From a virus, in the IMG/VR virus record IMGVR_UViG_3300032046_000006, positions 32,001-96,000 of that record: DNA of 64,000 bases; one strand, written 5' to 3'. The notes below the pieces were generated by a model. That model was not told where the DNA came from. It did no database searches and worked only from the letters and a program-made list of their open reading frames with translations. A program made the position numbers and the translations under genes. Within the stretch, counting starts at the first letter, position 1. Every line of letters begins with the position of its first letter. Positions 29,816-40,539 of the stretch are shown here, piece after piece.

Positions 29816-30409
29816 TTATCTAATTATTTCATCACATACTTTTTTTCGCAATGCTTCTTCTGCTGTTAACCATAATTCGCCTGCATTCATTTTGTGCATA
29901 TCGAGATTGGTTAATTTAGTATATTTTTTACAAAGATTATCCATATTTTTTTCAAGTTGAGTTAAAAATTTTACTCTATCTTTTATATATTGTAAATAAT
30001 CGCATTGACCCTCGCTAAGAGGATGAAACATAATATAACTATTAGCATACATTTTTCTTCTTTTACCTGTAATAAAAATCAAAGCGGACATACTGCATGT
30101 TTCCCCACTAATGATAGTATGAATTGGGGCTTTGCTATGTTCTATAGCATTAATAATAGAAAATCCGCAACTTACTTCCCCTCCAGGACTATTAATTTCA
30201 ATTGTGATTGGTTTTTTATCATCAAGAATATTCATAGCTTTAATTTTTGTTACTATTATATCTGAAGATTCATTAGTAATAATGTCATAAAGTAAAATAT
30301 ATCTTTCTTTGTTTAAAATTTTGAAATAGTAATCTTCCCCCCATTTTTCTTCTTTTTTAATTGCAGTAATTTCTTCTTCATTTTCTTTATCACGATAAAA
30401 ACTATTCAT
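29816..30409 (-). CDS. clpP: ClpP-family protease
   Basis: INSPGG, CSMSA (Ser), IMFHP (His), WLTAEEA. Confidence 0.85.
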   Translation of the reverse strand: MNSFYRDKENEEEITAIKKEEKWGEDYYFKILNKERYILLYDIITNESSDIIVTKIKAMNILDDKKPITIEINSPGGEVSCGFSIINAIEHSKAPIHTIISGETCSMSALIFITGKRRKMYANSYIMFHPLSEGQCDYLQYIKDRVKFLTQLEKNMDNLCKKYTKLTNLDMHKMNAGELWLTAEEALRKKVCDEIIR

Positions 30410-31582
30410 TTATTCCTCCTTTATTTTTAAATACTTAATTATGGGTAGGCATAAAAATGAAGTTCCCGCCGAAAGAATAATAAGCCATTTTAATCCCACC
30501 AAAGGAAATAAAAACGCTCCACTAAAACTACTCGCAGTTCCTGCTGATAAATTATTTATACCACATAACAAGGCAAATGTAGTTGCTTCTAATCCTTTTA
30601 TTGAGGACTTAGCAAGGAAATCCATCATAATAAGATGAATAATCATTCCTATAAGAGAATAGATGCAAAGATAAATAATAGCGCTTATAGAAGTATAATA
30701 AAGATATGATAGCGTTATTAATGCTCCTAAAAAGACACTATAAGTAAGCCATTTTTTAATATTAATTTTTTGACTAAATTTCCAATAAATCATAGCTCCG
30801 ACAATTGAAATTACGGAAGCAATAGTTCCTAAAAATCCCATAAATTGAAAACTCCATTTGAAATTATCACGTTCCAGATAGGATAGTGGTGTGCCAAAAG
30901 AGGGGGAATATTTATATAAAAATAAAAATAAACAAGCCCATAAAAAGGATTTATGTTTAAAAATTTCTTTATAGGATTTTATCATATCTATTATTTTTAT
31001 TTTAGTATGCTTAATTTTTTCTTCTCTATAAAAATAAATAGGAATAAACATCATTATATAAAATGGTATGAGTAATAAAAATCCTGCTTTATAAGAATGA
31101 TGGTCAGCTAAATAGCCCCCCAGTAATCCTGTTATAATTGTAGCAATTGTAATAAATATCCATTGTAAACTCTGAATTTTGCCTGTAGCATTGTATTTTT
31201 TCCCTTCTATACACATTGTGCCATCTACAGCGACATCCCTTATAGCAGAATTTGTAGAATTAATAAACATCATAGTAATCAACAAAACTAAAGGCAAAGA
31301 CCAAATTCCCAAAAACAAAACCGTTATAATGTCTAAAATAATAGAAATAGAAATCCAAGTTTTTCTTGACATAAATTGGTCTATAAAAAATCCCCATAAA
31401 ATTTTAGGTATCCAAGCAAGTCCTATAATAGCATTTAAAGTCATTAATTTTTCAGGAGGATACATAAGAACTTCCTTAAAATATTTAAAAAGAGAAAGAC
31501 TCGGCAAGCCTTCAATGCCCTGTATAAAATAACACATCGCCGATAATGAATAAATCCAAAATAATTTTTTATCTATTTTCAT
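30410..31582 (-). CDS. MFS transporter, BT1 folate-biopterin transporter-like
   Basis: About 12 TM; FIQG, W.PK.LWG...D, DVAVDG, GKIQS.QW motifs. Confidence 0.7.
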   Translation of the reverse strand: MKIDKKLFWIYSLSAMCYFIQGIEGLPSLSLFKYFKEVLMYPPEKLMTLNAIIGLAWIPKILWGFFIDQFMSRKTWISISIILDIITVLFLGIWSLPLVLLITMMFINSTNSAIRDVAVDGTMCIEGKKYNATGKIQSLQWIFITIATIITGLLGGYLADHHSYKAGFLLLIPFYIMMFIPIYFYREEKIKHTKIKIIDMIKSYKEIFKHKSFLWACLFLFLYKYSPSFGTPLSYLERDNFKWSFQFMGFLGTIASVISIVGAMIYWKFSQKINIKKWLTYSVFLGALITLSYLYYTSISAIIYLCIYSLIGMIIHLIMMDFLAKSSIKGLEATTFALLCGINNLSAGTASSFSGAFLFPLVGLKWLIILSAGTSFLCLPIIKYLKIKEE

Positions 31583-31680
31583 TCTTTCATTTCCTTTATT
31601 AAACAAAAAAATGCAGCAACCCAATACCCAATATACCATAATAACCAAATAATAAATAATCCTATGTAGAAGTTTAGCAT
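31579..31680 (-). CDS. Small membrane protein (33 aa)
   Basis: MLNFYIGLFIIWLLWY... read manually; ATGA overlap with transporter. Confidence 0.45.
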   Translation of the reverse strand: MLNFYIGLFIIWLLWYIGYWVAAFFCLIKEMKE

Positions 31681-32240
31681 TTTATTTTTTTTAATTCTAA
31701 AATAATAAAGGGTCTTCTTACTCCTGCACTAAAATTTTCGGCACATTCTAACGCATTTCTTACTATTTCTTTGCCCGACAGTTTTTTAGAATTAGTATAA
31801 ATAGACCCCAAAGCATAAGATTCCCCGCATCCGCATGAATCATAATTATCGTAGGTCATTGCCACTTGCAAATCGTCTACTATTTTATAAATTTTACTAT
31901 TATAACCAACTAAAAAGGTTCCTATTTCTTCTTGATTATCTTCAATTTTACTATATCCATTATCTTTTAAACATTTTCTTACTGCATCAATAAATTCTGT
32001 ACACATATATTCATAATCGCTGACTTTATCTTTATGAACAGGTATTTCTAATTTAAATCTCAATAACTGTCCCATTCTGAATGATGAAGTATATCCCATT
32101 AACATATTTTCTTTTTGAAATACTTTTACATCACTTCTAATTCTAATATCATGCCTTCCTACTCCTGCTGAGTCGCCTCCCATAAACATGTTTCCTTTAT
32201 TGTCTACATAACCAACAATACAAGTAGTTGTTGTAATCAT
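31674..32240 (-). CDS. HslV/proteasome-beta-like Ntn hydrolase
   Basis: N-terminal TTTTCIVG, GGDS, KVF, GCGESYALG. Confidence 0.7.
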   Translation of the reverse strand: MITTTTCIVGYVDNKGNMFMGGDSAGVGRHDIRIRSDVKVFQKENMLMGYTSSFRMGQLLRFKLEIPVHKDKVSDYEYMCTEFIDAVRKCLKDNGYSKIEDNQEEIGTFLVGYNSKIYKIVDDLQVAMTYDNYDSCGCGESYALGSIYTNSKKLSGKEIVRNALECAENFSAGVRRPFIILELKKIKC

Positions 32241-32253
32241 TTTTTCCTCCTTA

Positions 32254-32493
32254 TTAATCTTCATCTATGAGCAATCCGCAGTTTAAACAATCTGTAACCC
32301 ATCCATCTGGATAAATCCCTATAGTAGAAATTCTACCTCCACATAAACATCTTGGCGGTTTTTTGTATTGCCCTATCTTGTAATAATAAAAATACTGTAA
32401 TTCAGTAGCAAGAGATAATCCAAATTTGGTGCGATAATGAATTTTTTCTAATAAGTAAAGAATTAATTCAATCATTATAATATTCCTTTCCAT
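32254..32493 (-). CDS. Hypothetical Zn-ribbon protein
   Basis: CLCGG...CLNC. Confidence 0.45.
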   Translation of the reverse strand: MERNIIMIELILYLLEKIHYRTKFGLSLATELQYFYYYKIGQYKKPPRCLCGGRISTIGIYPDGWVTDCLNCGLLIDED

Positions 32494-33071
32494 AATAAAT
32501 AAAATACATAAGGAAGATATAAAATATTTATCGTCATTAAAATTATAAATCCTATTCTACATATTTTTTCCATTAATTTATATCCCTTTTCTTTTCCATA
32601 AAATTTTTCTAACCAAACCAAATAAGGATAGCTTCCGTCAAGGCAAGGCACCGGAAGCAGGTTAGTTACCCCTAAAGACAGACCAATTGCCCCAAAATAA
32701 AATATATTAAAATTCATTATTTTTAATCCAATAATATAAAATACTATTCCAAATAAAATATTTGTCAAACATCCTGCTATTGCAATTAATAATTTTTTAT
32801 GATAAGGGAGATTGGTAAACGAATCTTTATCATTACCATTTGTAAGTTCGTCGTGTAACTTGGTATATCCCCCCAAAGGAATATAAGTAATTTGATAAAT
32901 AGTTCCTTTAATTTCTTTTCTATAGAATGGTCGCCCAAAACCTAAAGATACTATGTCTACGCCACAATGACACCCTTTGGCAGCGATAAAATGCCCTAAT
33001 TCATGAATAATAATACATCCCATGATAGAAATTAAAAATCTTAAAAAATGAAATAAAAAATTAAGTATCAT
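32475..33071 (-). CDS. Site-2 (M50) intramembrane metalloprotease, RseP-like without PDZ
   Basis: HELGH, SLGFG, IPLGGY, AG..TN, NLLPVPCLDG. Confidence 0.9.
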   Translation of the reverse strand: MILNFLFHFLRFLISIMGCIIIHELGHFIAAKGCHCGVDIVSLGFGRPFYRKEIKGTIYQITYIPLGGYTKLHDELTNGNDKDSFTNLPYHKKLLIAIAGCLTNILFGIVFYIIGLKIMNFNIFYFGAIGLSLGVTNLLPVPCLDGSYPYLVWLEKFYGKEKGYKLMEKICRIGFIILMTINILYLPYVFYLLWKGIL

Positions 33072-33716
33072 TTATCTCCCATGATTTATGTCTCTATGGC
33101 GCTTATCTATTATTAATTTGCCTTGTAAATGGTCGACCTCATGTTGAGTACAAAAAGATTCGGTATCCTGCATCATCATTAATTGTTGTTTTAAAGTCTC
33201 ATCTTCAAACTGTACAGTTATAAAGACCCACCTATCAGTATCAATTCTTAAATTCGGTAAACTAAGGCAACCTTCTTTTTGAACAACAATTTTTCGGGTG
33301 TGTTCGACTATTTTTGGATTAATCAAAACCAATTCAGTAAATTCAATCTTCTTGTCTACGATTTTGGGGATTTTTATATAACTTATCTTTTTATTGTATC
33401 CGATTTGATTGCTCGACAGTCCCAGACCGCCGACTTTATTTAGAGTTTCTTTTAATTCAATTATGATTTGTTTAATATCTTCATCTTTCTCAACCGCAGT
33501 GCAAGGAATTCGCAATAAGTTAATATTGGTAGTGATAGGTCTAATGTTAGGAGTAGGAGTTTCTTCCTTTATAAATTCAGGTTTATATCCTTTTTCTAAC
33601 ATTTTATTTAAGACAATTCTTTCAGAACGGGTTAAATAACCCATCTTCATTCTTGCTTCTTGTTCACCAAGGTAGGTATCGAAATCTGATTTATTCTTAA
33701 ATTGATTTTTCAACAT
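33072..33716 (-). CDS. def: Peptide deformylase
   Basis: GLGLSSNQIG, EGCLS, QHEVDHLQG. Confidence 0.92.
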   Translation of the reverse strand: MLKNQFKNKSDFDTYLGEQEARMKMGYLTRSERIVLNKMLEKGYKPEFIKEETPTPNIRPITTNINLLRIPCTAVEKDEDIKQIIIELKETLNKVGGLGLSSNQIGYNKKISYIKIPKIVDKKIEFTELVLINPKIVEHTRKIVVQKEGCLSLPNLRIDTDRWVFITVQFEDETLKQQLMMMQDTESFCTQHEVDHLQGKLIIDKRHRDINHGR

Positions 33717-35263
33717 TCTTCCTCCCGAGTCCAATCTTCTTCTCTCATTACAAAGGTTTCTATTCCTGAAAGCATCTTAATTTTGTGTGCTACTTTTCCA
33801 AGAGTTCCTATTTGTTTATCCCCAATGTAAATACCTCTTTCTCCTGCCCAAGGATGTTTTCCACAAAGAATTATTCTATTATTTAATTTCATTATTCTCC
33901 TTTATTTTAATATGATAAAAAGTCCAATTCCTATCTCAAATATAGCCACATTTTGGCGAGGGCATCGGGTAAATTTCCCCAACAAGTTTCATTTTCTAAT
34001 GCCAATTTAACCATAACTTTATTACCATTTATTGATTTATAGTTTTCAACCTTAATTCCTACGGGTAACTCCTCTAAAATCTCTGTGGCAAGAGGGGCAG
34101 GCATACCTTGTCCATTATTTAATCCTTCTTCTATGTATTCTAATCCCCATACACCAAAAGAATTTTTTGTCCAACAAAACTCCGTTTCCTTCTTCCACCC
34201 TGCAATTTTTAACTGCTCAGCTAATTCAAGTGATACGCAATGTTTCTTCATAGTCTATTTAACCTCCTATTATAAATACCTTTTTGCGGTATTAATCAAA
34301 ATTTTCTTGGTCTTTAAAAGTTTGTTTAAGCATTATTCTTATCCTCCTCATCGCACCCATCTTCTTTTGTGCATATATTGCGATAACTTCTTTTATCGCC
34401 ATCATCATCTTCTACATAATCAAGATAAGAACAGTATTTGCATTTTTTTGGTATCATTAGTTTTCTCCTTTATTCTAAATTATTTAATCTTTCTATTTCT
34501 TTATTAAGATTTTCTATTTCTTCTAATGATTCACATAATGGGCAAAACCTACATTCATAACAAATTTCATCATGTGAATTATTTTTATCTCCAGAGCAAA
34601 TGGTCATTTTATTTACCTCCTAAAATTAATAATCCCGTTCCAATGAGCATCCCCCACCAATAAGTAATGGGTAATCCCAAAAACCAGCGAGAGTGCCATT
34701 CAATATTCTTTTTTAAAAATCTTTTAAAATTATAATGAGGATTAAAAACAAACCACATTGTATCTTCAATTACAAAAAACCAAGATACCAATCCAAAAAT
34801 AGTAGATTCCGTTTCCCAATTTCCCAATTCATTAATAAATAATCCATGAAAAACAGTAATAAAGAGTAACAACAAAAAAACATGGTAACCGGTCAATGCC
34901 TTGCCTCCTAATAATTTTCTAAAGAATACATTAATACGAAATGTAGGAAGTAATTTAGCCCATCCCCATTTTCCTTCAACCTGAATCTCCCATAAGGCAG
35001 TTATAATCGCTAAAATAATAGTAAAAATATAATATTTAATCATTCTAAAATAGCCAACTTTTATGGAGCATTACTCTTATGTTTTCTATGATTTGATGGA
35101 TTTCTTTTATTTCTATTCCATATTGTTGAATTAGTTCAAAAGATTTAATAGATAAATCATATATTTTGTAAGCTGCCCCAATCATAGCAAAAGTAAGAAC
35201 AATCATTAAACTTCGCTGGATAATTCCTATTATATAATAGATTTTTTGTAGTTTATCGTTCAT
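33710..35263 (-). other. Run of small hypothetical ORFs, including 33931-34251, membrane protein 34609-35043 and 35045-35263
   Basis: Co-oriented, tightly packed ORFs with SD sites. Confidence 0.55.
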
Positions 35264-36006
35264 TTTTGTAATCTTTGTTTTATTATTTCACAATACTTTT
35301 CTTCTTTTTCTATTAAAATAAATTTACGATTAAGGTTTTTACAAGCCACACCAGTAGTTCCGCTTCCTGCACAATTATCCAAAACTAAATCGCCTTCATT
35401 GGTATAAGTTTTTATTAGATATTCAAATAGTGCTACTGGTTTTTGGGTGGGGTGATTTTTCCCTTCAAATTCTGCTGTGGTAAATTTTTGTACACTTCTT
35501 GGTAATCTTAAACCATCTTTTGATTCTCTAATATGTTCGTGGTAATTTGGGATCTTATTTGTAGTTTCAGGATTATTATGTTTATCTTTTATGCCTCCTC
35601 TAAAATATGGTTTCCCTTGTGTTTTTTGCGGATTATACTTTGGTGTTCCTGTAGAAAATATAAGTATGTTCTCGTGTGCTTTTAATGGTTGTTTTTTCGC
35701 TAATAAAAAATTACTTGCTTTACTTTTTTCCCAAATCCATTCATACTTGAACATCTTAATATTACTCATCACCAAAGCACTTGTGAAAGGTTGAGAAGCA
35801 GTTAAAACTATCGCCCCATTAGCTTTAATAATTCTCTTGTATTGCTCCCATAATGGCTCAAAAGGAATAATCGTATCCCATTTACAAGCAGTAGTTCCAT
35901 AAGGTAAATCACATAAAATCATATCAATAGATTGGTCTGGTATTTGTGGCATTATTTCTAAGCAATCCCCATAAAATAATTTATTCGAAAAATCTTCTAT
36001 TATCAT
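35260..36006 (-). CDS. N6A/N4C DNA methyltransferase (beta class)
   Basis: DLPY, HPTQKP, LDNCAGSGTT. Confidence 0.93.
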   Translation of the reverse strand: MIIEDFSNKLFYGDCLEIMPQIPDQSIDMILCDLPYGTTACKWDTIIPFEPLWEQYKRIIKANGAIVLTASQPFTSALVMSNIKMFKYEWIWEKSKASNFLLAKKQPLKAHENILIFSTGTPKYNPQKTQGKPYFRGGIKDKHNNPETTNKIPNYHEHIRESKDGLRLPRSVQKFTTAEFEGKNHPTQKPVALFEYLIKTYTNEGDLVLDNCAGSGTTGVACKNLNRKFILIEKEEKYCEIIKQRLQK

Positions 36007-36007
36007 T

Positions 36008-37483
36008 TTATTTTATTGCACTCACTCCATTTTTGCGTTCTACATTAATATAATTTACTTCTTTTATTTCTTTATTTACATTTTGATAAATTATTATACT
36101 TTGAAATTGAAGGTTACTTATTATTTCTAATAATTTTTGGAAACTGATTTGGTCGCATGTATTTATTCCTTCATCGATGAGCAATAAACCTTCGGAAATT
36201 CCTTCATTCAATAAAATACCAATTTTAAATACCGTATTAATAAAGGTCTTTTGCCCCGAACTTAATTGTTCGTATTTTAATTCTTGCTTGCCATCATTTA
36301 CTTTTATGAAATCTTTTTCTATTGAAAATTTCACATTAATATTTATAGGTCTTAAAAGGTCATTTAATATAAATGAAAGATTATTCAACCATTCCATAAC
36401 ATAATAAGCGCTGAAAGAATCTAAAGTTTTAATAGAATCGTTGTAAAGAGTAACATCGCTTGCTGTAAATTTATACTCTTTAAAACGAAATGCCTCTTTT
36501 AGTTTCATTAAACATTCTTTTGTCTTTTGAATTTTGGATTGTATACCGGCATACACATTATTGTAATGGTTCATCAAATCTTCTTCTGATTGTAATAGAT
36601 TGTTGATTTCTTTTATTTCTGCATTTATAATTCCTATTTCTTTATTTTTTATAAGGTTCACTGTAGATAGTTGTTCACCAATTTGTGAACATTTAACATT
36701 TAGAATGGGACAAACTCCTCCATTGAGTTTCTTCTTGTCTTGTTCTTTAAAATAAATTATTTTATTTCTTGAAGAAATTTCTGATTTATAGTTACCTAAC
36801 AATTTGGATTGATTATCACAATCTTGTTTGGTAAGATTTAATTCTTCTTGTAATCTTAATAGTCCATTTTCAAGAATAGTCTGCCTTTTAGTAGATAAAT
36901 AAAAATGATATAATTTCTTATTTACATTAAAATTCTCTCGTTCCATTTTTTTGGCGAGTAAATTATTTCTTATTCCTATGAATTGGGTATTAACTAAACC
37001 CATTAAACTTTTTCTAAGAGAAACAATTCCTAATCCTAAAAGGTCAATCCCTTTATTTTGGTCTATCATGCGATAGGTACGGAATTTATTTAGGTCTTCG
37101 CCAATCAATTCATTTAACCACTTTTGGGCGATTGATGCGGTATTGAATTTATGTTCTCCTTCATCACTCCAGATTTGTAAATCAGAAGGAATCTTACGAA
37201 TAATTTTGTATTGTTTACCATTTTGTGAACAATGGAGTTCTATTGAACATTCTTTTTCCCCGATTTTTATTAAATCTTTCAAATTTATGCCAGTAACTTC
37301 TCCAAATAAACAAAATAAAATACTACTAACAATTGTGGATTTTCCCGACCCATTGCCCGAATAATCATTATTTAATTCTTGACTATCAAAATTAACCCCA
37401 TTGATGAGATTAGTCTTGGAGAAATTAATCTCGGCATCGGAGAACAATTGGAAATTTTTTAAAATTATTTTATTTATTATCAT
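36008..37483 (-). CDS. SbcC/Rad50/gp46-like ATPase
   Basis: LKNF, GNGSGKS, LSSGQ, LLIDE. Confidence 0.9.
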   Translation of the reverse strand: MIINKIILKNFQLFSDAEINFSKTNLINGVNFDSQELNNDYSGNGSGKSTIVSSILFCLFGEVTGINLKDLIKIGEKECSIELHCSQNGKQYKIIRKIPSDLQIWSDEGEHKFNTASIAQKWLNELIGEDLNKFRTYRMIDQNKGIDLLGLGIVSLRKSLMGLVNTQFIGIRNNLLAKKMERENFNVNKKLYHFYLSTKRQTILENGLLRLQEELNLTKQDCDNQSKLLGNYKSEISSRNKIIYFKEQDKKKLNGGVCPILNVKCSQIGEQLSTVNLIKNKEIGIINAEIKEINNLLQSEEDLMNHYNNVYAGIQSKIQKTKECLMKLKEAFRFKEYKFTASDVTLYNDSIKTLDSFSAYYVMEWLNNLSFILNDLLRPININVKFSIEKDFIKVNDGKQELKYEQLSSGQKTFINTVFKIGILLNEGISEGLLLIDEGINTCDQISFQKLLEIISNLQFQSIIIYQNVNKEIKEVNYINVERKNGVSAIK

Positions 37484-37773
37484 TAAAAGTCCTGCGTTGT
37501 ATGTATCTCTTTTAATTCTTTCGGAGTTAATTTTGCAGATTTTTTCTTTTTCTTATTGGGCATAATTTGAGTCTTGGGGTTTCTCGCCCAAGTTCTTCTA
37601 ATAGGAATATAAAAATTGCATGGTTCGTTACATTTCGTGCAAATGGCATAACAAGTTCCTATTAAAGGATAATTATCACCCAGGAAATCGGGGGCTGGGT
37701 CAGAAAATCTTATTTTGGCTCTGCAACAACCGGATTTATTATTATTTTTCTTTTTCATTATCATATCCTCCAA
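37483..37773 (-). CDS. Hypothetical Cys-rich protein
   Basis: S.CC.A...DF.GDN...IGTCY..C.KC..PC domain shared with 50675-51268. Confidence 0.55.
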   Translation of the reverse strand: MEDMIMKKKNNNKSGCCRAKIRFSDPAPDFLGDNYPLIGTCYAICTKCNEPCNFYIPIRRTWARNPKTQIMPNKKKKKSAKLTPKELKEIHTTQDF

Positions 37774-38378
37774 AAATCTCTTTTAAAACATCAGGAATAT
37801 CTTTATCCTGACATTTAGCACATAAACCATTTTTAAGTGCATCAAATTGTTGGCAATATTTACAATAACCCAAGTAAAAGACATCTTCATTATATTCCGT
37901 CATTTCATTCCTCCAACTCATTTTCAATTATTAATCTTAATTTTAGATAATTAGCAAAATCTTTTATATCTATTTCATTCTGAGTTCTTAAATATCGGGC
38001 AAGGAATTTATCTATATGCTTTATATTATTTTTTATTACTTCTAATTCTTTTAAATCATCAATAATACAATCACATCTTTTATCTAATTTATCTATACAT
38101 TGTTTATGCGCCATCTATTCTATCTCCTCCATATACCAAACAATTTCACCAAATCCAACATTATCTTCAAAAGTATGCTTTCTTATTTTAGATGCTTTAA
38201 AAATTTTATGCCCACTATTTGTATAGCAAGCAAAATAATCGGAAATTCCTAATTTTTTATTTCCTTTTCTTCTTTCAATTTTAAAATTAGGGCAAACCAA
38301 TAATTCTCTAACTTTTCTTAAAGACCATCCATCCGAAACATAAAAACGAAGAGTTAAGGCAGCTACTATAATTTTCAT
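37742..38378 (-). other. Three small hypothetical ORFs between SbcD and SbcC
   Basis: ORF track; coupled starts and stops. Confidence 0.5.
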
Positions 38379-39358
38379 TTTAATTCCTCCAATAATATTT
38401 TTCTAATCTTTTCATTTACTTGATTTTTTTCCATCCAATTAATTAAACTTTCTTTTAATGTCAAGTTGTCTGGCTTAGTTTCAGCTAAATTACAGTTCAT
38501 AATGAAATCTTTTTTTTGTTTAAATAAAATGAACTTATCCACATACTTTTGATAATATGGGAGAAACTCAACCCAAAGAGAGTAATCTTTAAATATGATT
38601 CTAACTTTGTTCTTTTCTGGAAGTTTATCTAATTTTTGGCATAATGCTAAAACTGTGGCTTCTAAAGCGTGAATTTTCTCACCAGATGACCCAGGAACCA
38701 CTTTTTTGGCTTCAGTGGGGTCTTTTACGGACTGTTTTTGACTATTTTGTTCTAACTCTATGTCCATCATAGGAATAGGAGAATTTAAGGGTATAAAAAT
38801 AACTTTTTCTTTCTCTCCCCGATAATCTTCTATTATGGCAATAACTTTTTGACTATCCTTTGCCTCATCAAAATTAATAAATCTACATGACCCAAGAAAA
38901 CAATAATTTGGTTTTATAATATGATAATGGTGGTCATGACCACTAAATACATATTTAAATTGTTTAAAATCTTTTAATGACCTTTTAGCCCCAAAATTTA
39001 AATTATTTTCTTTAATAAATTCATGAAGACATAATAAATAATCGTCTTGGTATTCTTTTACCACAATTATGGTATCATTGAGAATTCCATAGTGGTTTAA
39101 GATACTTTGTTTTTCTGTTTCAGACTCATGGGAATCGGCTGCAATGATAATTAATTTTTTATTTAATCTTCTTATAAAAGTGGCAAAGCAATCTAACTCC
39201 AAAGAACTTGGTTTGAGATTATCAAATGTGTCGCCCAAATCAATAACTAAATCAACTTTATGTTGATTAGCTAACATTCCTATTTCTTCAAGGATTTGGA
39301 TACACTCAGGAAGGTCTTGTTGGGTAAGATGTAAATCGCCGAATAATAATAAATTCAA
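38375..39358 (-). CDS. SbcD/Mre11/gp47-like nuclease
   Basis: GDLH, LGDTFD, SHE, SGHDH, GS. Confidence 0.88.
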   Translation of the reverse strand: MNLLLFGDLHLTQQDLPECIQILEEIGMLANQHKVDLVIDLGDTFDNLKPSSLELDCFATFIRRLNKKLIIIAADSHESETEKQSILNHYGILNDTIIVVKEYQDDYLLCLHEFIKENNLNFGAKRSLKDFKQFKYVFSGHDHHYHIIKPNYCFLGSCRFINFDEAKDSQKVIAIIEDYRGEKEKVIFIPLNSPIPMMDIELEQNSQKQSVKDPTEAKKVVPGSSGEKIHALEATVLALCQKLDKLPEKNKVRIIFKDYSLWVEFLPYYQKYVDKFILFKQKKDFIMNCNLAETKPDNLTLKESLINWMEKNQVNEKIRKILLEELK

Positions 39359-39368
39359 CTTTAACTCC

Positions 39369-39731
39369 TTATAATCTTTTTCTGTATTTATCTGATTGAA
39401 TAGAATTTAAAAAATATACCCACAAATTAGGTCTTTTAAAATTCGCACAACCTCTCATACGATAGGGATAAAAATAATATAAAGTTAACCAATATTCCCC
39501 CACAAAGAAAAGCATTATTATTGTAGAGATAACCATATATAAATCCCAATTTTTAAAAATAAAATATAATAACATAAAAGAGTCTACCCCAGCAGCAATA
39601 TTTCCAAAATCTCTGGAATGACCTCTCGCTAATTTAAATTTCCTAATTTTTTGAGTTTGCTTATGATATTTGTATCCATCAAAAAATCTGGCAATAATTA
39701 AACCAATTCCCCATAAATTAATTAGATTCAT
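39369..39731 (-). CDS. PQ-loop/SemiSWEET-like membrane protein
   Basis: Three TM helices with Q..KI.K.K...G.S loop. Confidence 0.45.
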   Translation of the reverse strand: MNLINLWGIGLIIARFFDGYKYHKQTQKIRKFKLARGHSRDFGNIAAGVDSFMLLYFIFKNWDLYMVISTIIMLFFVGEYWLTLYYFYPYRMRGCANFKRPNLWVYFLNSIQSDKYRKRL

Positions 39732-39942
39732 CTTTTCCTTTTTTTAATAACCCAGGAATCCACTCCTCATACCAACAAGAATCTGTATTTCTATTATAAA
39801 ATGTACAACACATACATTCTTCATCTTGATGTACATATTCTTGTCTCTTATCGCAATATATCATTTCTTTTTTCCTCCCCAAAAAAGCCAAATCAAAAAT
39901 ATCACATATCCCAATATCATCAATTTTAAACTTATTAAATAA

Positions 39943-40452
39943 TTATTCATTTTTTCTTTCTACCGTACATATCGTATCATTATGTAATCTTCCATGGGAA
40001 ACTAACAATATTTCTATAATTTCAAATCCTCTATTTTTCCCCAATCCTATACTATTCCAACCAAAACTTATTGCTAGCCCCCCTACTTTAATCTTATCTG
40101 CTAAATAAGATTTTGTTTCACTATAAAATTTTGTAGTTGCCCATTTTTTATCAACTTTACAGCCAATTCCTTCATAACATTCCATTATTTGCCGTAGTGA
40201 ATACGGGGGGTCATATAATCCCCCAGTATAATTATTTCCTTCTAATTGTTTTAAAAATTCTATTGCTTCCAAATGAAATTTTGCCGGTGAATTGGGATTG
40301 AGGTCATTAGTGAATTCTGCCTTAGAATTATTTCCAGAAAAGGGGTCAATCCATCTTTTTCCATCGCCAACATACCTATTCACCAATTCTTTAATTGGTT
40401 TAATAGTAAAAGTCCATTTATTTGGCATTGCCCATACTCTATTTATTATCAT
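39943..40452 (-). CDS. Small adenine-specific DNA methyltransferase
   Basis: IDPFSG, NDLNP, YDPPYS. Confidence 0.85.
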   Translation of the reverse strand: MIINRVWAMPNKWTFTIKPIKELVNRYVGDGKRWIDPFSGNNSKAEFTNDLNPNSPAKFHLEAIEFLKQLEGNNYTGGLYDPPYSLRQIMECYEGIGCKVDKKWATTKFYSETKSYLADKIKVGGLAISFGWNSIGLGKNRGFEIIEILLVSHGRLHNDTICTVERKNE

Positions 40453-40497
40453 TTTATTTTTCCTTTATAATCTTCTGATAGATAATATTCATTCATC

Positions 40498-40532
40498 TTT
40501 TGGGAAGGAGTAGAAAAAATTCTAACTCCTTC
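40498..40532 (-). promoter_or_regulatory. Hairpin GAAGGAGT-T-AGAA/TTCT-ACTCCTTC followed by CCAAAA-G-ATG
   Basis: 12-bp stem with 1-nt bulge. Confidence 0.6.
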
Positions 40533-40539
40533 ATTTTTA

